DNA of 16,650 nucleotides from a virus (Duplodnaviria; Heunggongvirae; Uroviricota; Caudoviricetes): IMG/VR virus record IMGVR_UViG_2737471869_000028, positions 1 to 16,650 of that record; one strand, 5' to 3'. Shown piece by piece: positions 13,966 to 16,650 of this stretch (position 1 is its first letter; each line of letters starts with the position of its first letter). The notes under the pieces were generated by a model. It saw only the letters and a program-made list of their open reading frames with translations, ran no database searches and was not told where the DNA came from. The position numbers and the translations under genes were made by a program.

Positions 13966-14184
13966 ATGTACTTGACACTTCAGGAGTGGAACGCTCGCCA
14001 GCGACGCCCAAGAAGCCTTGAAACAGTTCGTCGATGGGTGCGCGAATGCAGGATATTCCCTCCTCCGGTTAAGGATGGAAGAGAGTATCTGTTCCACGAA
14101 TCAGCGGTAAAGGTTGACTTAAATCGACCAGTAACAGGTAGCCTTTTGAAGAGGATCAGAAATGGGAAGAAGGCGAAGTCATGA
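13966..14184 (+). CDS. xis: Excisionase Xis (lambda type)
   Basis: 72-aa protein MYLTLQEWNARQRRPRSLETVRRWVRECRIFPPPVKDGREYLFHESAVKV... matches lambda Xis as I recall it; overlaps int by 23 nt. Confidence 0.9.
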   Translation: MYLTLQEWNARQRRPRSLETVRRWVRECRIFPPPVKDGREYLFHESAVKVDLNRPVTGSLLKRIRNGKKAKS

Positions 14185-15232
14185 GCGCCGGGATTTACCC
14201 CCTAACCTTTATATAAGAAACAATGGATATTACTGCTACAGGGACCCAAGGACGGGTAAAGAGTTCGGATTAGGCAGAGACAGGCGAATCGCAATCACTG
14301 AAGCTATACAGGCCAACATTGAGTTATTTTCAGGACACAAACACAAGCCTCTGACAGCGAGAATCAACAGTGATAATTCTGTTACGTTACACTCATGGCT
14401 TGACCGCTACGAAAAAATCCTCGCCAGCAGAGGAATCAAGCAGAAGACACTCATAAATTACATGAGCAAAATTAAAGCAATAAGGAGGGGTCTGCCTGAT
14501 GCTCCACTTGAAGACATCACCACAAAAGAAATTGCGGCAATGCTCAATGGATACATAGACGAGGGCAAGGCGGCATCAGCCAAGTTAATCAGATCAACAC
14601 TGAGCGATGCATTCCGAGAGGCAATAGCTGAAGGCCATATAACAACAAACCCGGTCGCTGCCACTCGCGCAGCAAAATCAGAGGTAAGGAGATCAAGACT
14701 TACAGCTGACGAATACCTGAAAATTTATCAAGCAGCAGAATCATCACCATGTTGGCTCAGACTTGCAATGGAACTGGCTGTTGTTACCGGGCAGCGAGTT
14801 GGGGATTTATGCGAAATGAAGTGGTCTGATATCGTAGATGGATATCTTTATGTCGAGCAAAGCAAAACAGGCGTAAAAATTGCCATCCCAACAGCATTGC
14901 ATGTTGATGCTCTCGGAATATCAATGAAGGAAACACTTGATAAATGCAAAGAGATTCTTGGCGGAGAAACCATAATTGCATCTACTCGTCGCGAACCGCT
15001 TTCATCCGGCACAGTATCAAGGTATTTTATGCGCGCACGAAAAGCATCAGGTCTTTCCTTCGAAGGGGATCCGCCTACCTTTCACGAGTTGCGCAGTTTG
15101 TCTGCAAGACTCTATGAGAAGCAGATAAGCGATAAGTTTGCTCAACATCTTCTCGGGCATAAGTCGGACACCATGGCATCACAGTATCGTGATGACAGAG
15201 GCAGGGAGTGGGACAAAATTGAAATCAAATAA
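14162..15232 (+). CDS. int: Tyrosine integrase Int (lambda type)
   Basis: 356 aa beginning MGRRRSHERRDLPPNLYIRNNGYYCYRDPRTGKEFGLGRDRR and ending ...HLLGHKSDTMASQYRDDRGREWDKIEIK, matching lambda Int as I recall it; adjacent to attL. Confidence 0.95.
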   Translation: MGRRRSHERRDLPPNLYIRNNGYYCYRDPRTGKEFGLGRDRRIAITEAIQANIELFSGHKHKPLTARINSDNSVTLHSWLDRYEKILASRGIKQKTLINYMSKIKAIRRGLPDAPLEDITTKEIAAMLNGYIDEGKAASAKLIRSTLSDAFREAIAEGHITTNPVAATRAAKSEVRRSRLTADEYLKIYQAAESSPCWLRLAMELAVVTGQRVGDLCEMKWSDIVDGYLYVEQSKTGVKIAIPTALHVDALGISMKETLDKCKEILGGETIIASTRREPLSSGTVSRYFMRARKASGLSFEGDPPTFHELRSLSARLYEKQISDKFAQHLLGHKSDTMASQYRDDRGREWDKIEIK

Positions 15233-15320
15233 TGATTTTATTTTGACTGATAGTGACCTGTTCGTTGCAACAAATTGATAAGCAATGCTTTTTTATAATG
15301 CCAACTTAGTATAAAAAAGC
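15233..15320. other. attL: P' arm plus the 15-bp lambda core (15306-15320)
   Basis: The window carries the reverse complement of the lambda P' arm (CAAATAATGATTTTATTTTGACTGATAGTGACCTGTTCGTTGCAACAAATTGATAAGCAATGC) ending in TTAGTATAAAAAAGC, followed by the bacterial arm AGGCTTCA (attB TGAAGCCT-core). Confidence 0.85.
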
Positions 15321-15366
15321 AGGCTTCAACGGATTCATTTTTCTATTTCATAGCCCGGAGCAACCT

Positions 15367-16650
15367 GTGAACACATTTTCAGTTTCCCGTCTGGCGCTGG
15401 CATTGGCTTTTGGCGTGACGCTGACCGCCTGTAGCTCAACCCCGCCCGATCAACGTCCTTCTGATCAAACCGCGCCTGGTACCTCTTCTCGCCCGATTCT
15501 GTCGGCAAAAGAAGCGCAGAATTTCGATGCTCAACACTATTTTGCATCCCTGACACCAGGTGCTGCAGCGTGGAATCCTTCCCCGATTACCCTGCCTGCG
15601 CAACCTGAATTTGTTGTCGGCCCGGCGGGCACTCAAGGTGTAACGCATACCACGATTCAGGCGGCGGTAGATGCGGCAATTATCAAGCGTACCAACAAGC
15701 GCCAGTATATTGCCGTGATGCCTGGTGAGTATCAGGGAACGGTATATGTCCCTGCCGCTCCGGGTGGAATTACTCTGTACGGTACAGGTGAAAAACCGAT
15801 TGATGTGAAGATTGGGCTTTCCCTTGATGGTGGCATGAGCCCTACCGACTGGCGTCACGACGTCAACCCGCGCGGCAAATATATGCCAGGTAAACCAGCG
15901 TGGTATATGTACGATAGCTGCCAGAGCAAACGCAGCGACAGTATCGGTGTTCTCTGCTCTGCGGTCTTCTGGTCACAAAACAATGGCCTGCAACTGCAAA
16001 ATCTGACCATCGAAAACACGCTGGGCGATAGCGTAGATGCAGGTAACCATCCGGCGGTGGCACTGCGTACTGATGGTGACCAGGTACAGATTAACAACGT
16101 TAACATTCTCGGTCGTCAGAACACCTTCTTTGTCACCAACAGCGGTGTGCAGAACCGTCTGGAAACCAACCGTCAGCCGCGTACGCTGGTGACCAACAGC
16201 TATATTGAAGGGGATGTGGATATCGTTTCTGGTCGCGGCGCAGTGGTGTTCGATAACACCGAATTCCGCGTGGTGAACTCACGTACTCAGCAAGAAGCGT
16301 ATGTGTTTGCACCGGCTACGCTGTCCAACATCTATTACGGTTTCCTCGCCGTAAACAGCCGTTTCAATGCTTCCGGTGATGGCGTGGCACAACTGGGCCG
16401 CTCGCTGGATGTTGATGCCAATACCAACGGTCAGGTGGTGATCCGTGATAGCGCCATCAACGAAGGTTTTAACACGGTTAAACCGTGGGGCGATGCGGTG
16501 ATTTCCAATCGTCCATTTGCGGGTAATACCGGCAGCGTTGACGATAGCGACGAAATACAGCGCAATCTGAATGACACTAACTACAACCGCATGTGGGAAT
16601 ACAATAATCGCGGCGTGGGTAGCAAAGTGGTTGCAGAGGCGAAGAAGTAA
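15367..16650 (+). CDS. ybhC: Host lipoprotein YbhC (pectinesterase-like / acyl-CoA thioesterase family)
   Basis: 427 aa with GTG start and lipoprotein signal peptide (lipobox LTAC); the known chromosomal gene flanking lambda attB. Confidence 0.9.
   Translation: MNTFSVSRLALALAFGVTLTACSSTPPDQRPSDQTAPGTSSRPILSAKEAQNFDAQHYFASLTPGAAAWNPSPITLPAQPEFVVGPAGTQGVTHTTIQAAVDAAIIKRTNKRQYIAVMPGEYQGTVYVPAAPGGITLYGTGEKPIDVKIGLSLDGGMSPTDWRHDVNPRGKYMPGKPAWYMYDSCQSKRSDSIGVLCSAVFWSQNNGLQLQNLTIENTLGDSVDAGNHPAVALRTDGDQVQINNVNILGRQNTFFVTNSGVQNRLETNRQPRTLVTNSYIEGDVDIVSGRGAVVFDNTEFRVVNSRTQQEAYVFAPATLSNIYYGFLAVNSRFNASGDGVAQLGRSLDVDANTNGQVVIRDSAINEGFNTVKPWGDAVISNRPFAGNTGSVDDSDEIQRNLNDTNYNRMWEYNNRGVGSKVVAEAKK

Larger units (their letters stand above)
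1..15320. mobile_element. Lambdoid prophage, int-proximal portion; continues beyond the window start and ends at the attL core
   Basis: Contiguous phage gene set (replication, cII, cro, cI, N, recombination, ant, xis, int) ending in the lambda attachment core TTAGTATAAAAAAGC at 15306-15320, with host ybhC immediately after. Confidence 0.85.

Noticed and set aside
14458-14981. Minus-strand ORFs antisense to int
   Set aside because: Within the opposite strand of the lambda-type integrase gene.
15335-16106. Minus-strand ORFs antisense to ybhC
   Set aside because: Antisense to a conserved host gene; Arg-rich reverse-frame artefacts.
1-16650. CRISPR arrays, tRNA or rRNA genes, insertion sequences
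   Set aside because: No regularly spaced direct repeats, no cloverleaf-like tRNA candidates and no terminal inverted repeats with a transposase were seen on reading the window.

Overview
The window is the int-proximal part of a mosaic lambdoid prophage (1-15320) joined through attL to the E. coli chromosome at the classical lambda attB site, followed by the host lipoprotein gene ybhC (15367-16650). The coordinates run opposite to the lambda map. On the minus strand lie nin-like small genes, a DnaB-type helicase, an O-like replication initiator, cII and cro. On the plus strand lie a CI-type S24 repressor, a three-gene HigB / HigA / SecB-like operon in the position lambda uses for rexAB, pL/OL, a P22-type N gene with GACAA-loop boxB hairpins, a long translationally coupled early operon (cIII-like, RecT, Ea22-like, HNH, DUF551), an antirepressor with its own promoter and structured leader, then xis, int and attL. 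The most interesting feature is the tripartite toxin-antitoxin-chaperone (TAC-like) module beside the repressor gene. All homology calls rest on reading the translated ORFs and recalling family signatures; no database search was run.
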